From Sinanodonta woodiana (Eukaryota): a stretch of 64,000 bases of DNA. Shown here piece by piece: positions 12,408 through 24,899 of the stretch. The stretch is from positions 93,894,727 through 93,958,726 of the forward strand of contig CM100994.1 in NCBI GenBank assembly GCA_046254885.1, read 5' to 3'. The position numbers were made by a program, and so were the translations under genes. Numbering within the stretch: the stretch's first letter is position 1; every line of letters starts with the position of its first letter. The notes below the pieces were generated by a model. That model worked only from the letters and a program-made list of their open reading frames with translations. It was not told the DNA's origin and searched no databases.

Positions 12408-14419
12408 GTTTATTATCCCCGTAATAGGTAGACCAATGGGTCGGGGAGCCATCCCAAGGTCACCTTCCAATGTAACATTAATAATCTAAGTATAATAATC
12501 TAAGGATAATAAATATAATCTACGGAAAATGGAAAAAAAAAAGAAACCACTCACACACCACACACACATGCACATGGAACACAATCAAGGTGATATTGCA
12601 ATATGTTGTTCCTGTTTATCATAAAATGAGATATATATTACATATTGATTATTGAGGTCCACTTTTGAAGAAATTGGTCTTCTTTTTTATTTATTTTAGC
12701 AGAGTATTTTTCAATGTTCTTATGCATTGCAACTATTTGCTTAAAAGCATACATAGAAGGATTTTTCATATTGAATCGGCAAGTATAAATATAATACTTT
12801 GCCAAAATAAGTAAGAAATTACATAAACAGTCCAGTTGTTCACTTCCTAGAAATATTTCTTTTTTGGATAAATGTGCAATATTTGGGTAAAAAGGTGCAA
12901 AATGATCGATAAAACGGTACCAAAACTGTGAAGTAATATTGCAATCATAGAAGAGATGCTCAATGCTTTCATTTTCACTCTTACAAAAAGTACATTTGTT
13001 GTCTTCTGATATATTAATTCTTTTCAGGAAATCGTTAGTAGCTATTATTCTGTGAATTAATTTAAAGTTAAAAGCGATCAATTTGGTATCCTTCGTACAT
13101 GATTTCGCTCTGGTATATATCTGAGACCATTCTTCACTACTTATACTTTTATTAAATACTTGTATCCAAGTTTCATGTTTGGCAGTGTGTTGCCTTTTAG
13201 TTTTATTTAAAAGATCTTTGTAAACAAACTTAAGTGAATTTTGTTTTTGTAAGTTCATTATTTTATCCTCCTGCTTCTCAAAATTATTTTGTACTAAATG
13301 TTTTTTTATGGCATCTTTCCATGCTTTTGGAATTCTGGATATTAAGGAAAAGTATTTTAAGAAATCATCACTTCTAGTCTTTTGTTTTATTATTTCAAAA
13401 GGAATTAAATTGCCATTATCATCTATTAGATCCTTCAGAATTTCAAAACCAGCTTCTCTCCATAAGTTGTATTGATAAAACAATTTAGCGGGGACAAAAT
13501 TTAGAATATTCATAGATAGATACTCGTTTGGACACTGCGGTTCCTCTTTCCAACTGGATAATGCCAAAATTACATCTCTCCAAAAACTATTTTTAATAAG
13601 CTTACTAAGTTCTTCTAATTTCCTTTTCCCTAAAATCCAAATATTTTTATTTCTGAATACAGTTGAATTGACTAAGTTCTGCCACGCTCCATTCTCGTTT
13701 TCCAGCAATCGTTTTACCCATCTTATCTTAATATATCTAATGAATGAAAATATGTGTATCATATTTAGTCCTCCCTCATTTTCTGGGGATACTATTATAT
13801 CGCGTTTTATTCTCTCTACTTTTCCACCCCATACAAATTTAAATAGTGTGCGATTTAGTTCTGCTTCAACTTTAGCTGATGGATTTGGAAGTGCTGAAAA
13901 AAGATATATGAATATCGGCAGAACAAGAGTTTTTACAACAATTACCTTACCCACTAAAGACATATGTCGTTGACTCCAGCTTGCCAGTGTTCGTTTAGCC
14001 TTTGTTAATTTATTCATATAATTAATTTCCACCATTTGTTGTAAATCTAGAGAAAATTCTATACCAAGTAGTGTGAAATTAGAATAGGACCAAATTAGGC
14101 CCATTTCTGGACATATTCTTTCATTGGAGAATTTCCTGTTTCCAATCCAGATAGCTTTTGTTTTTGTTATATTACATTTAAGTCCAGATAGTAGAGAAAA
14201 ACCCTGCAAGATATTCATAGTTGTGTTAAGAGAAAGTTCAGATCCATCAAGCAGAATAAAAGCGTCATCAGCATACTGCCCCAATTTATATTCAGTGCCA
14301 TCAAAGATCAATCCCTGTACATCTGCATTTTGCTTTAATGCTATAGCTAAAATCTCAACCCCAATGATAAACAAATAAGGGGCAAGGGGATCTCCTTGAC
14401 GACATCCTCTTTCTAGTCT
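12356..14419 (-). mobile_element. 5'-truncated non-LTR retrotransposon (L1-like): partial RT, long C-terminal domain with a CCHC-like motif, 236-bp 3'UTR and a 46-nt poly(A) tail
   Basis: A poly(T) run at 12356-12401 on the plus strand is the poly(A) tail of the minus-strand element. The ORF 12638-14419 encodes LERGCRQGDPLAPYLFIIGVEIL (RT motif) and QYADDAFIL (the YxDD catalytic motif), and ends with CTFCKSENESIEHLFYDC. The ORF runs open to the 5' junction at about 14419, which means truncation rather than a start codon. Confidence 0.85.
12638..14419 (-). CDS. Reverse transcriptase ORF of the truncated LINE (RT fingers/palm from the 'QGDPL' motif onward plus C-terminal domain), about 593 aa without an authentic start
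   Basis: Track ORF 12638-14374 extended in frame to 14419 by manual translation. Conserved RT motifs as above. Confidence 0.8.
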   Translation of the reverse strand, partial: RLERGCRQGDPLAPYLFIIGVEILAIALKQNADVQGLIFDGTEYKLGQYADDAFILLDGSELSLNTTMNILQGFSLLSGLKCNITKTKAIWIGNRKFSNERICPEMGLIWSYSNFTLLGIEFSLDLQQMVEINYMNKLTKAKRTLASWSQRHMSLVGKVIVVKTLVLPIFIYLFSALPNPSAKVEAELNRTLFKFVWGGKVERIKRDIIVSPENEGGLNMIHIFSFIRYIKIRWVKRLLENENGAWQNLVNSTVFRNKNIWILGKRKLEELSKLIKNSFWRDVILALSSWKEEPQCPNEYLSMNILNFVPAKLFYQYNLWREAGFEILKDLIDDNGNLIPFEIIKQKTRSDDFLKYFSLISRIPKAWKDAIKKHLVQNNFEKQEDKIMNLQKQNSLKFVYKDLLNKTKRQHTAKHETWIQVFNKSISSEEWSQIYTRAKSCTKDTKLIAFNFKLIHRIIATNDFLKRINISEDNKCTFCKSENESIEHLFYDCNITSQFWYRFIDHFAPFYPNIAHLSKKEIFLGSEQLDCLCNFLLILAKYYIYTCRFNMKNPSMYAFKQIVAMHKNIEKYSAKINKKEDQFLQKWTSIINM

Positions 14420-14515
14420 AAAAAAAAATTTTTTTTACATGTAACTTATATCTTTTAATTTCTGTTGTTATTTATTATACCACAACATTTTTGCTGTAAC
14501 ACTTGTATTAACCTT
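14420..14515. repeat. Right copy of the ~88-bp target-site duplication of the LINE insertion
   Basis: Same sequence as 12270-12357, preceded by an A/T-rich junction (ctaaaaaaaaatttttttt). Confidence 0.8.
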
Positions 14516-15064
14516 GTCTCTCCAAATTTGCATCTCAGCACTATAATAACCTTCTTGTGTTGCTGTGCCATAAATACCACACCAAACATATACATCAGTC
14601 CATGTGTTAAAGGATAATGTTTAGGTCAGCTTTCAGACACTGGTAAAACATTTGTGTTTAAGTAACACATTCTTAGCTGTTTGCTGTTTTATACATTTCT
14701 ATTGTTTATGATCTTAAAAGTATTAATTTAGATTTCATTGGTATGTTTAGCTCTCAAAGTGATCTGTGTTATTTGCCAGCATGTGCCATCCTATAACTGC
14801 TCATCAATATTTGCTTGTTACCTACCACATAAGAGGTCCTTATTTTGATCCAATTTTGATCAAACTTGGAATGTGGGATTCTGGTTTACCAAGTTTATTA
14901 CATATACCATTTGGGGTGTCATTTTTCTGTTCCAAGATTTATGAAAGGTATATAATGGTTTTGTATCATAAAGTTTGATAATATGCAATAGTATAACATG
15001 TTTAAAACTACAAAACAAGAATGAATTTGGCTAAACATGGCATACTGATACTATGGTACAGTGT

Positions 15065-18000
15065 CTCTACCTAAACATGTAATGTAGTTGCTGTGTAGTA
15101 GTATATCTGTATAATCATGTCATGTAGATATTGTGTTGCAGTGTATCTGTATAAATATGTCATGTAGATATTGTGATGCAGTATATCTGTATAAACATGT
15201 CATGTAGATATTGTGATGCAGTGTATCTATATAAACATGTTATGTATTTGCTGTGTTGTAGTATATCTGTATAATCATGTCATGTAGATATTGTGATGCA
15301 GTGTATCTACATAAACATGTCATGTAGATATTGTGATGCAGTGTATCTATATAAACATGTCATGTAGATATTGTGATGTAGTGTATCTGTATAAACATGT
15401 CATGTAGATATTGTGATGCAGTATATCTGTATAAACATGTCATGTAGATATTGTGATGCAGTATATCTGTATAAACATGTCATGTAGATATTGTGATGCA
15501 GTGTATCTATATAAACATGTCATGTAGATATTGTGATGCGGTGTATCTGTATAAACATGTCATGTAGATATTGTGATGCAGTATATCTGTATAAACATGT
15601 CATGTAGATAATGTGTAGTAGTGTATCTGGCTAAATATGTCATGTAGATATTGTGCTGCAGTGTATCTGTATAATCATGTCATGTAGATATTGCGATGCA
15701 GTGTATCTATATAAACATGTCATGTAGATATTGTGCTGCAGTGTATCTGTATCAACATGTCATGTAGATATTGTGATGCAGTGTATCTGTATAAACATGT
15801 CATGTAGATATTGTGTAGTAGTGTATCTGGCTAAATATGTCATGTAGATATTGTGTAGTAGTGTATCTGGCTAAATATGTCATGTAGATATTGTGTTGCA
15901 GTGTATCTCTATAAATATGTCATGTAGATATTGTGTTGCAGTGTATCTATATAAACATGTCATGTAGATATTGTGTTGCAGTGTATCTGGCTAAATATGT
16001 CACGTAGATATTGTGTTGCAGTGTATCTGGCTAAATATGTCATGTAGATATTGTGTAGTAGTGTATCTGGCTAAATATGTCATGTAGATATTGTGTTGCA
16101 GTGTATCTGTATAAATATGTCATGTAGATAATGTGATGCAGTGTATCTATATAAACATGTCATGTAGATATTGTGATGCAGTGTATCTATATAAACATGT
16201 CATGTAGATATTGTGATGCAGTGTATCTATATAAACATGTCATGTAGATATTGTGTTGCAGTGTATCTGGCTAAACATGTCATGTAGATATTGTGTAGTA
16301 GTGTATCTGGCTAAATATGTCATGTAGATATTGTGTTGCAGTGTATCTGTATAAATATGTCATGTAGATATTGTGTTGCAGTGTATCTGTATAAACATGT
16401 CATGTAGATATTGTGATGCAGTGTATCTATATAAACATGTCATGTAGATATTGTGATGCAGTGTATCTATATAAACATGTCATGTAGATATTGTGATGCA
16501 GTGTATCTATATAAACATGTCATGTAGATATTGTGTTGCAGTGTATCTTGCTAAACATGTCATGTAGATATTGTGTAGTAGTGTATCTGGCTAAATATGT
16601 CATGTAGATATTGTGTTGCAGTGTATCTGTATAAATATGTCATGTAGATATTGTGTTGCAGTGTATCTGGCTAAATATGTCATGCATATATTGTGTTGCA
16701 GTGTATCTGTATAAATATGTCATGTAGATATTGTGTTGCAGTGTGTCTGGCTAAATATGTCATGTAGATATTGTGTTGCAGTGTATCTGGCTAAATATGT
16801 CATGTAGATATTGTGTTGCAGTGTATCTATATAAACATATCATGTAGATATTGTGTTGCAGTGTATCTGTATAAATCTCATGTAGATATTGTGTTGCAGT
16901 GTATCTGTATAAACATATCATGTAGATATTGTGTTGCAGTGTATCTGTATAAATGTCATGTAGATATTGTGTTGCAGTGTATCTGACTAAATATGTATTG
17001 TAGATATTGTGCTGCAGTGTATCTGGCTAAATATGTCATGCATATATTGTGTTGCAGTGTATCTGTATAAATATGTCATATAGATATTGTGTTGCAGTGT
17101 ATCTGTATAAATATGTCATGTAGATATTGTGTTGCAGTGTATCTGGCTAAATATGTCATGTGGATATTGTGTTGCAGTGTATCTGTATAAACATATCATG
17201 TAGATATGTGTTGCAGTGTATCTGTATAAATGTCATGTAGATATTGTGTTGCAGTGTATCTGGCTAAATTTGTCATGTAGATATTGTGTTGCAGTGTATC
17301 TGACTAAATATGTCTTGTAGATATTGTGTTGCAGTGTATCTGGCTAAATGTCATGCATATATTGTGTTGCAGTGTATCTGTATAAATATGTCATGTAGAT
17401 ATTGTGTTGCAGTGTATCTGTATTAATGTCATGTAGATATTGTGTTGCAGTGTATCTGGCTAAATATGTCATGTAGATATTGTGTTGCAGTGTATCTGGC
17501 TAAATATGTCATGTGGATATTGTGTTGCAGTGTATCTGGCTAAATGTCATGCATATATTGTGTTGCAGTGTATCTGTATAAATATGTCATGTAGATATTG
17601 TGTTGCAGTGTATCTGTATTAATGTCATGTAGATATTGTGTTGTAGTGCATCTGGCTAAATATGTCATGTAGATATTGTGTTGCAGTGTATCTGGCTAAA
17701 TATGTCATGTGGATATTGTGTTGCAGTGTATCTGTATAAACATATCATGTAGATATGTGTTGCAGTGTATCTGTATAAATGTCATGTAGATATTGTGTTG
17801 CAGTGTATCTGGCTAAATTTGTCATGTAGATATTGTGTTGCAGTGTATCTGACTAAATATGTCATGTAGATATTGTGTTGCAGTGTATCTGGCTAAATAT
17901 TTCATGTAGATATTGTGTTGCAGTATATCTGGCTAATCATGTTATGGAGATATTGTGTTGCAGTGTATCTGTATTAATGTCATGTAGATATTGTGTTGCA

Positions 18001-19300
18001 GTGTATCTGGCTAAATATGTCATGTAGATATTGTGTTGCAGTGTATCTGTATAAATCTCATGTAGGTATTGTGTTGCAGTGTATCTGGCTAAATATGTCA
18101 TGTAGATATTGTGTTGCAGTGTATCTGGCTAAATATGTCATGTAGTTATTGTGTTGCAGTGTATCTGGCTAAATATGTCATGTAGATATGTGTTGCAGTG
18201 TATCTGTATAAATATGTCATGTAGATATTGGGTTGCAGTGTATCTGTATAAACATGTCATGTAGATATTGCATTGCAGTGTGTCTGGCTAATCATGTCAT
18301 GTAGATATTGTGTTGCAGTGTATCTGGCTAAATATGTCATGTAGATATTGTGTTGCAGTGTATCTGTATAAATGTCATGTAGATATTGTGTTGCAGTGTA
18401 TCTGGCTAAATATGTCATGTAGATATTGTGTTGCAGTGTATCTGTATAAATATGTCATGTAGATATTGTGTTGCAGTGTGTCTGGCTAATCATGTCATGT
18501 AGATATTGTGTTGCAGTGTATCTGGCTAATCATGTCATGGAGATATTGTGTTGCAGTGTATCTGTATAAATATGTCATGTAGATAGTGTGTTGCAGTGTA
18601 TCTGTATAAATATGTCATGTAGATATTGTGTTGCAGTGTATCTGGCTAAATATGTTATGTAGGTATTGTATTGCAGTGTATCTGGCTAAATATGTCATGT
18701 AGATATTGTGTTGCAGTGTGTCTGGCTAATCATATCATGTAGATATTGTGTTGCAGTGTATCTGTATAAATATGTCATGTAGATATTGTGTTGCAGTGTG
18801 TCTGGCTAAATATGTCATGTGGGTATTGTGTTGCAGTGCATCTGGCTAAATATGTCATGTAGATATTGTGTTGCAGTGTAACTGTATAAATATGTCATGT
18901 AGATATTGTGTTGCAGTGTATCTGTATAAATATGTCATATAGATATTGTGATGCAGTGTATCTGTATAAATGTCATGTAGATATTGTGTTGCAGTGTATC
19001 TGTATACATGTCATGTAGATATTGTGTTGCAGTGTATCTGTATAAACATGTCATGTAGATGTTGTGTTGCAGTGTATCTGGCTAATCATGTCATGTAGAT
19101 ATTGTGTTGCAGTGTATCTGTATAAATATGTCATGTGGATATTGTGTTGCAGTGTATCTGTATAAACATGTGATGTAGATAATTTGTTGCAGTGTATCTG
19201 TATAAATATGTCATGTAGATATTGTGATGCAGTGTATCTGGCTAATCATGTCATGTAGATATTGTGATGCAACATATCTGGATAAACATGTCATGTAGTT
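15065..19300. repeat. Satellite array, ~40-bp unit (catgtagatattgtgttgcagtgtatctggctaaatatgt), ~105 copies over ~4.2 kb, with two alternating monomer variants
   Basis: Direct reading. Period 40 (39 in some monomers). The variants ctgtataaacatgt and ctggctaaatatgt alternate in blocks, as in a higher-order repeat. Confidence 0.95.
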
Positions 19301-20162
19301 TAGTAACACTAGGGCTTGATATAAATAAATGACTACTGTATCTAGTTATTTTGCCAGTCAGTTTGATAGATTCACATTTATGGTGCCTGGTGGCATCAGT
19401 TGCTGTAATAACATTATATTTCTCATATTAATGGTTGTAATTCTAGACCAGTGTAGTGGAGCTTTTCACACAGGTCATCTATACATTGAACTGTATGGGT
19501 TGCTGTATAGAGCAACAAGTCTTAACATATCTTTTCACCTAGTTTTATTAACTTATCATCTCAGAACATTGAAATGCTGTACTTTTTGTTGAAGAGCTTA
19601 AAGAGAATCTTATTAATTGGTTGCTAGAAGCCTTTGTGGCATGCATTGATTAATCCACTACAGAACACCTGACACATTGACAATATTGATCTCCACTGAC
19701 TTTTTATGATAATTCTCATTTATACAGATTCATCAGATGCAAAAACACTCACTATGTTTGCATGCCAACATTTGCATGCCTCTGTCACATTTATAAAGAG
19801 AATATACTGTGTTACCCACTTTCTTATGTCATCTTACATCATATGGCCACATGTTAGAAACTATTTGTGTTAGCATTTGAAGGACTTGATGGATTGAAAG
19901 CAGATTTTGGTTTGATACTTTAAATTGAGAAGGTCACATTGAAGGTCAGTCTTCCAAATTTGGAGACGAAACTGATTCACCATGTTATAGTTACCATGTT
20001 TGACATAGAACTCGGTGATCTTTAGCTTGATCATGATGCTTCTTAACTTTGTCAGTGTTACAAATATTTTTGAACAATAAGTTTTTATCTGCAATATGTA
20101 TGTTGCTTGTACACAAATGCTAAAAACAGATATCACTGTTCAACAGTCAAATACCAGTACTT

Positions 20163-20400
20163 ACCAAGTTATCATCTATAACTGCTCATAAGACAAGTCC
20201 AACTGCAAACTGCACAGAGCAAGATCTGTCTTTGCATAATGTGCCAGCAGATTTGGGTCTGTCCAATTTTTTTGTAGTAATCAGTAGATTATACAGCATT
20301 GAGCCTGATCTGCAGGTGCATTATTCTCTGGCAGATCAGGACAATTGTTGTTTGCAGGTAGACTTGGATTATTATAAGTGAGTATACCAGTATATATTAG
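20163..20400. mobile_element. MITE family A copy
   Basis: Left end ctgctcataagacaagtccaactgcaaactgcacagagcaagatctg. Right end gcaggtagacttggattattataagtgagtata. Internal palindrome gcataatgtgccagcagatttgggtctg...cctgatctgcaggtgcattattc. Confidence 0.65.
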
Positions 20401-20504
20401 GCATAGTTGGTGTGGTTGTCCTAATGTCATGCCCAAATTTGTTCATCTTGTAATTTATGTGATGAAAATTCCTTTCTAAGATATATAAAAATTTATTTTG
20501 TAAA

Positions 20505-20701
20505 TACAGTCGACTCCACTTAACTGCACATCGGTTAACTTCGCATTCCAGATAACTGCATGTAATCACACCAGTCCCCGTTTCATTTTTTCCCATTGCT
20601 TGCAAATGTTCTGTACCATACTCCAGTTAACTGCACACTCCAGTTAACTGCACAGACTCGTGATGGGCCCGAGGTAATACAGTTAACCGACGTCAACTGT
20701 A
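20505..20701. mobile_element. MITE family B copy (~197 bp, ~20-bp TIR tacagtcgactccacttaactg, TA-flanked; Tc1/mariner-Stowaway-like)
   Basis: The 5' end is tacagtcgactccacttaactgcac. The reverse complement of the 3' end is tacagttgacgtcggttaactg. A second copy sits at 23326-23516 in the same orientation. Confidence 0.65.
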
Positions 20702-20867
20702 GCTAACATCATACTGGTCAATCATAAAGTATCAGCAGCAATGTTGTTGATACTTCTATTTCTATACAGTAGCAACAATAAACATTGCACTGCAGTTCAC
20801 TCTATGTTATTATTTTATTCTTATAAAGACAATAATATTATTTCTAATAGTAATAGTCACAGCCAGA

Positions 20868-21020
20868 CTATCACCGATATATCATAAATAATGGCAGTGA
20901 TTATCACTGATATATCATAAATAGCAGCAGTGATTAGCACTGATATATCATTCATATTGGCAGTGATTATCACTGATATATCATAAATAATGCCAGTGAT
21001 TATCATTGATATATCATACA
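20868..21020. repeat. Minisatellite, ~29-30-bp unit (atcactgatatatcataaataatggcagtgatt), ~5 copies
   Basis: Direct reading. Confidence 0.85.
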
Positions 21021-22099
21021 GTATAATTGGCAGAGGAATAATCTGGGAATACCTCAGTAACAACAACAGTCCATTGGTACCTACTGGAACTTTCTCACAT
21101 ACCACATTGGCCGAGTCCACAACTTGAACCCACACAGGCAGAGGTAAGATGACAAGAATTTTAAAATGAACAGCAATTTAAACAACTTGACTACACAGGG
21201 TCATACAAATATTTAAAATTTAAAAAACCTTTTGATTAAAAAAAAATGGCATGGTTGTCAATGATAATTAATTTATAGACAAATCAAAATAAATTCATTG
21301 TTGCAAAATTTTAGGGTTAAAACTTGAATCTTTTAGACTTCCTGTATGACCCAGGTCTGTAGTCTCATTGTTTTCATTGGATCCTTTCTCCACCAAATAT
21401 ACTGGCTGCTATGTATAATCTATCATGTGCTAAAGATTGTGTTAAATGTTACAAGATTAAGACCCTTCCATCTTTGTTATCATTGCAAATACATGTATGA
21501 TGAAATATTGTTGCTAGTATATTATGGTTTACCATATGGTTTCTTTTTCAAACTTGTTCCACAATCACATCAATGTGTTATATCCAGACAATCGATGTGT
21601 TACATCCATGTATTACATCCTTAAGTTACATCCATGTGTTACATCCTTGAAAAGACACTCTTCTCCTTCATAATTAGCTCTTGCCCGGATGGACTTGCAG
21701 CAGAAACAATCAACTTTTCAATCATGGAAAGACTGCCCTCCACTTTAAAGATGTTAATGGGATGTTGGTTCAAAAAACTATGAAAGGTACATCCCCTTAT
21801 TAGAGTAGGTAGGTTCTAGGTAATAATTTCTCTCACTTGTTGACCAAATTTGAGTTCATAAGCCTAAACTACTCACCTTGGATTTCTAAGTGGTATATTT
21901 CCTGGGTTGTGACTTGACTAAATTCAGATTTAAGACCTCAGTGAAGCTTCTTTCATATGAACTCTGTCTTCTGATTGCATTTGATTGCAGAGTCTGTGAA
22001 TTACATGCCTATCTATGTTGACCCAGTCTTCCTTCAGTTTTGATGAGATGACTCAGCAGTCCTTTTGACACAGCCTGATTTTATTGTCAGGAATTGGTT

Positions 22100-22235
22100 G
22101 CCATAAGTGGTTATTCAAAAGTCTTCATTTGAAAGATTTCCTATATTGACAAAATCCAAGTCTTCATTTAACAGATTTCCTATATTGACAAAATCCAAAA
22201 GTCTTCATTTGACAGATTTCTTATATTGACAAAAT
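22100..22235. repeat. 3 x ~43-bp tandem repeat (aaagtcttcatttgacagatttcctatattgacaaaatcca)
   Basis: Direct reading. Confidence 0.85.
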
Positions 22236-23325
22236 CCAAAAGAGACTTCTGAAAAAGACGTAATGCATTTGCTTATATTTTATCTTAAACATTCTGAGCC
22301 AGTTTGTAGAGCTCAAAGACACCTCAATCCTTCCTCCATTACTTTTCATAGAATTGTGTCCAATTCTAATACGTTTGATGCAAACTCCTCCTTATGTTTA
22401 ATGTCTCACTCTTAGTAAGAGGAGTAGTAATAATTGAATTTAGCTACATTATTTTAGGAATGACTTTCCACGATATTTAAGATTATTGGGAAAAAACATT
22501 GCAAGACAAACATCATTAGACAAGAAAAACAACAAATTTAATCAAACAAATTGAAAGCAGCTATTTCAATTCAACTTAAGTTATGTCAACAGTATTTAAT
22601 AGCAGTGTCTAATTTGGATCAGTTTCATATAATAATGAGTGGTGAAAATATAGTGCAATGTCCACAAGAGATTGCATCACCTTCCTCTCGACCGTGTTCC
22701 AATATTTCCTTTTTTCTCCAGTCATTCTTTTCTGACCACCTCATCCCTTCATAGACTTCTTAGTCATTTATTCTGAACTAATCACTTCTTTTCTTCAGAC
22801 TTCACTTGTCACTTCTCTTTTTTCCACACTTCCACCTTTGGACTGTTCCATTTCAGTCACAGAAACATGTTGGACCCTAAAGGACAAAAGTATCTCTGAA
22901 TCTCTATATGTATTGGTACTACTTTCCAGATGTACAAAAAAATTCCCTAACTTACATTACTCAGAAGCATACTAGCTATCTACACACTGTGTAAATTCTT
23001 ACAGAAATCATGATAGAACATTATCCTTGGTTCACAGTGACAGGTAAAAAATTACCATATGAGAGGTCTAAAAATTCAGATATTCTTTTACCTATGCTAC
23101 TATGTACATATGTTTGATTACTTGATTACTATTATTTAAACATTACAAAATCAAATATAAATAGGTAGTTATCATCAAATCACAATAATCGGTATCATCC
23201 TAACACATAGGAAACTATTTCATATAACTCTGTGAAATCCTATACATATGAAAATTTGAATCACATGCAACCCAATTTCTACCCAAAAAGTAATAACTGT
23301 AAAATTAATAAGATAAATTGCATAG

Positions 23326-23516
23326 TACAGTCAACTCCACTTAAGTGCACATCAATTAACTGCACACTCTGGATTAATGCACATAATCATGCCCAGTCCC
23401 ACTTTCACCCAATTCTTTTCAATGTACTGTACCATACTTTGGTTAACTGCACACTCTGGTTAACTGCACAGTCTCGTATGGGCCCGAGGGTGTGCAGTTA
23501 ACTGGAGTCTACTGTA
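23326..23516. mobile_element. MITE family B copy (~191 bp), TA-flanked
   Basis: The 5' end is tacagtcaactccacttaa. The 3' end is ttaactggagtctactgta, an inverted repeat of the 5' end. About 80% identical to 20505-20701 and flanked by ta on both sides. Confidence 0.7.
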
Positions 23517-24398
23517 ATTCTATCATCAGCACAGTAATATATAATTTAATAAGATAAATTGCATAACATCTCTAGCATCAATACATTTCCATGAAATTGA
23601 ATACATTTCCATGAAATTGAATAAATCATTCATGATTTAGAGCCTCATCATATCATAGCATAAAAACAAAAATAAAAATATAGAATATTATGTGAAATTA
23701 AGCATGTTTACTTTAATACTGTTCTCTTTAGAAATTGTGCATTCTAGCTCTAAACAGTGTATTTTCTCACAAGACAGACACCTGGACCCGTTTCTTGTTT
23801 AACAAGGAACACTGTTTTTTTAAAAGGCTAATCATCAGAGCCTAACTTTGCTCTTTCAGGAAATTTCAGACTAAAGAATTTTTACTAAGGTTGTGACTGT
23901 AAATTAACATTATTTCCAAGGTGAATGCCTTAATATCACTCAGACTAATCATAAACTGTGGTTTCTAAAATTACCCTAAGATAAACATTTCTTTCATATA
24001 ATCAGTTAGAATCTCTGAATTATGTTATATAATGCTTTCCTTTGACAAATGACTATTTGACATGGGTTTCTATCAAGTATTAAAGCTTGTAGTTTAATTG
24101 TCTAATGAGCTAAGATATCTTGATCAATTTCATTGAGTCAGAAAGCTGGCCCCTTTGAAGTTTTATCACTGACATGGGAAAATTTGAAGAACAATGGTCA
24201 AACTGTCACCTCCACAAAGACATTTCTGGTTTAAATGTTAATTTTTAAAATGCTGAATACAGCTTTAAGGTTCAATGCTTATTCAAACTTTGACATTTCA
24301 CAAGGTGTTATCTGTTGAGAACCTCACTAGGGTTCAATAAAGAGTCAATACTTGATGATATGCCAATTCCTACTTTGAAATATAAAATATCTATCTAT

Positions 24399-24860
24399 CT
24401 ATCTATCCCTTAGTCTTGTCGACCGTTGGAGCACCACTGATGACCTGACAACCAACTTCCTCCATTCCAGTCTGTCCTCTGCTACTCTCACTGTATCACT
24501 CAGCTTCATTTCTGTCCACTCTGAGATGTTATCCTCCCATCTTTTCCTCGGTTTTCCTCTTCTTCGCCCTCCCTTCACAGTACCTTGCATGATCGTCTTT
24601 GCAAGCCCTGTTGATCGTGTGACATGTCCATACCATTTCAATTTGCGCTTTTTCACAATGGTCAATAGCTCTTCATAGGGCCCAATGGCTTGCTTAATTC
24701 TGTTTCCCACTTCCTCATTTGTGACATGATCTCGGTATGTAATGCCAAGCAACCTTTGAAAGCATCTCATCTCAACAGCTTGTATCCTCCTTTCGAGATC
24801 CATTGTCAGGTTCCATGACTCACAGGCATATAGGAATACAGATGTAACAAGGGAGCACAT
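24399..24860 (-). CDS. RT C-terminal (thumb) segment of the RTE element
   Basis: Collinear with the RT core. A TAG stop at 24399-24401 is followed immediately by (GATA)n. Confidence 0.7.
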   Translation of the reverse strand: MCSLVTSVFLYACESWNLTMDLERRIQAVEMRCFQRLLGITYRDHVTNEEVGNRIKQAIGPYEELLTIVKKRKLKWYGHVTRSTGLAKTIMQGTVKGGRRRGKPRKRWEDNISEWTEMKLSDTVRVAEDRLEWRKLVVRSSVVLQRSTRLRDR

Positions 24861-24899
24861 CAGTCTGATCTTTGAGATGACTGAGGTGTTTCTGTCTTT

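Noticed and set aside
13668-14378. Plus-strand ORFs (101 aa and 84 aa) overlapping the LINE RT. Similar antisense ORFs occur at 25350-25655, 26230-26652, 25717-25963, 9475-9708, 8333-8515 and 8647-8832 opposite the RTE and hAT genes.
   Set aside because: They are antisense to clearly recognisable TE proteins and have no motifs. Spurious ORFs opposite coding sequence are expected.
15065-19300. Regularly spaced ~40-44-bp repeats that could superficially resemble CRISPR arrays (also 39400-43545 and 36556-37890).
   Set aside because: The whole unit repeats with no unique spacers between conserved repeats. The context is eukaryotic (LINEs, hAT, microsatellites), and no cas genes or leader are present.
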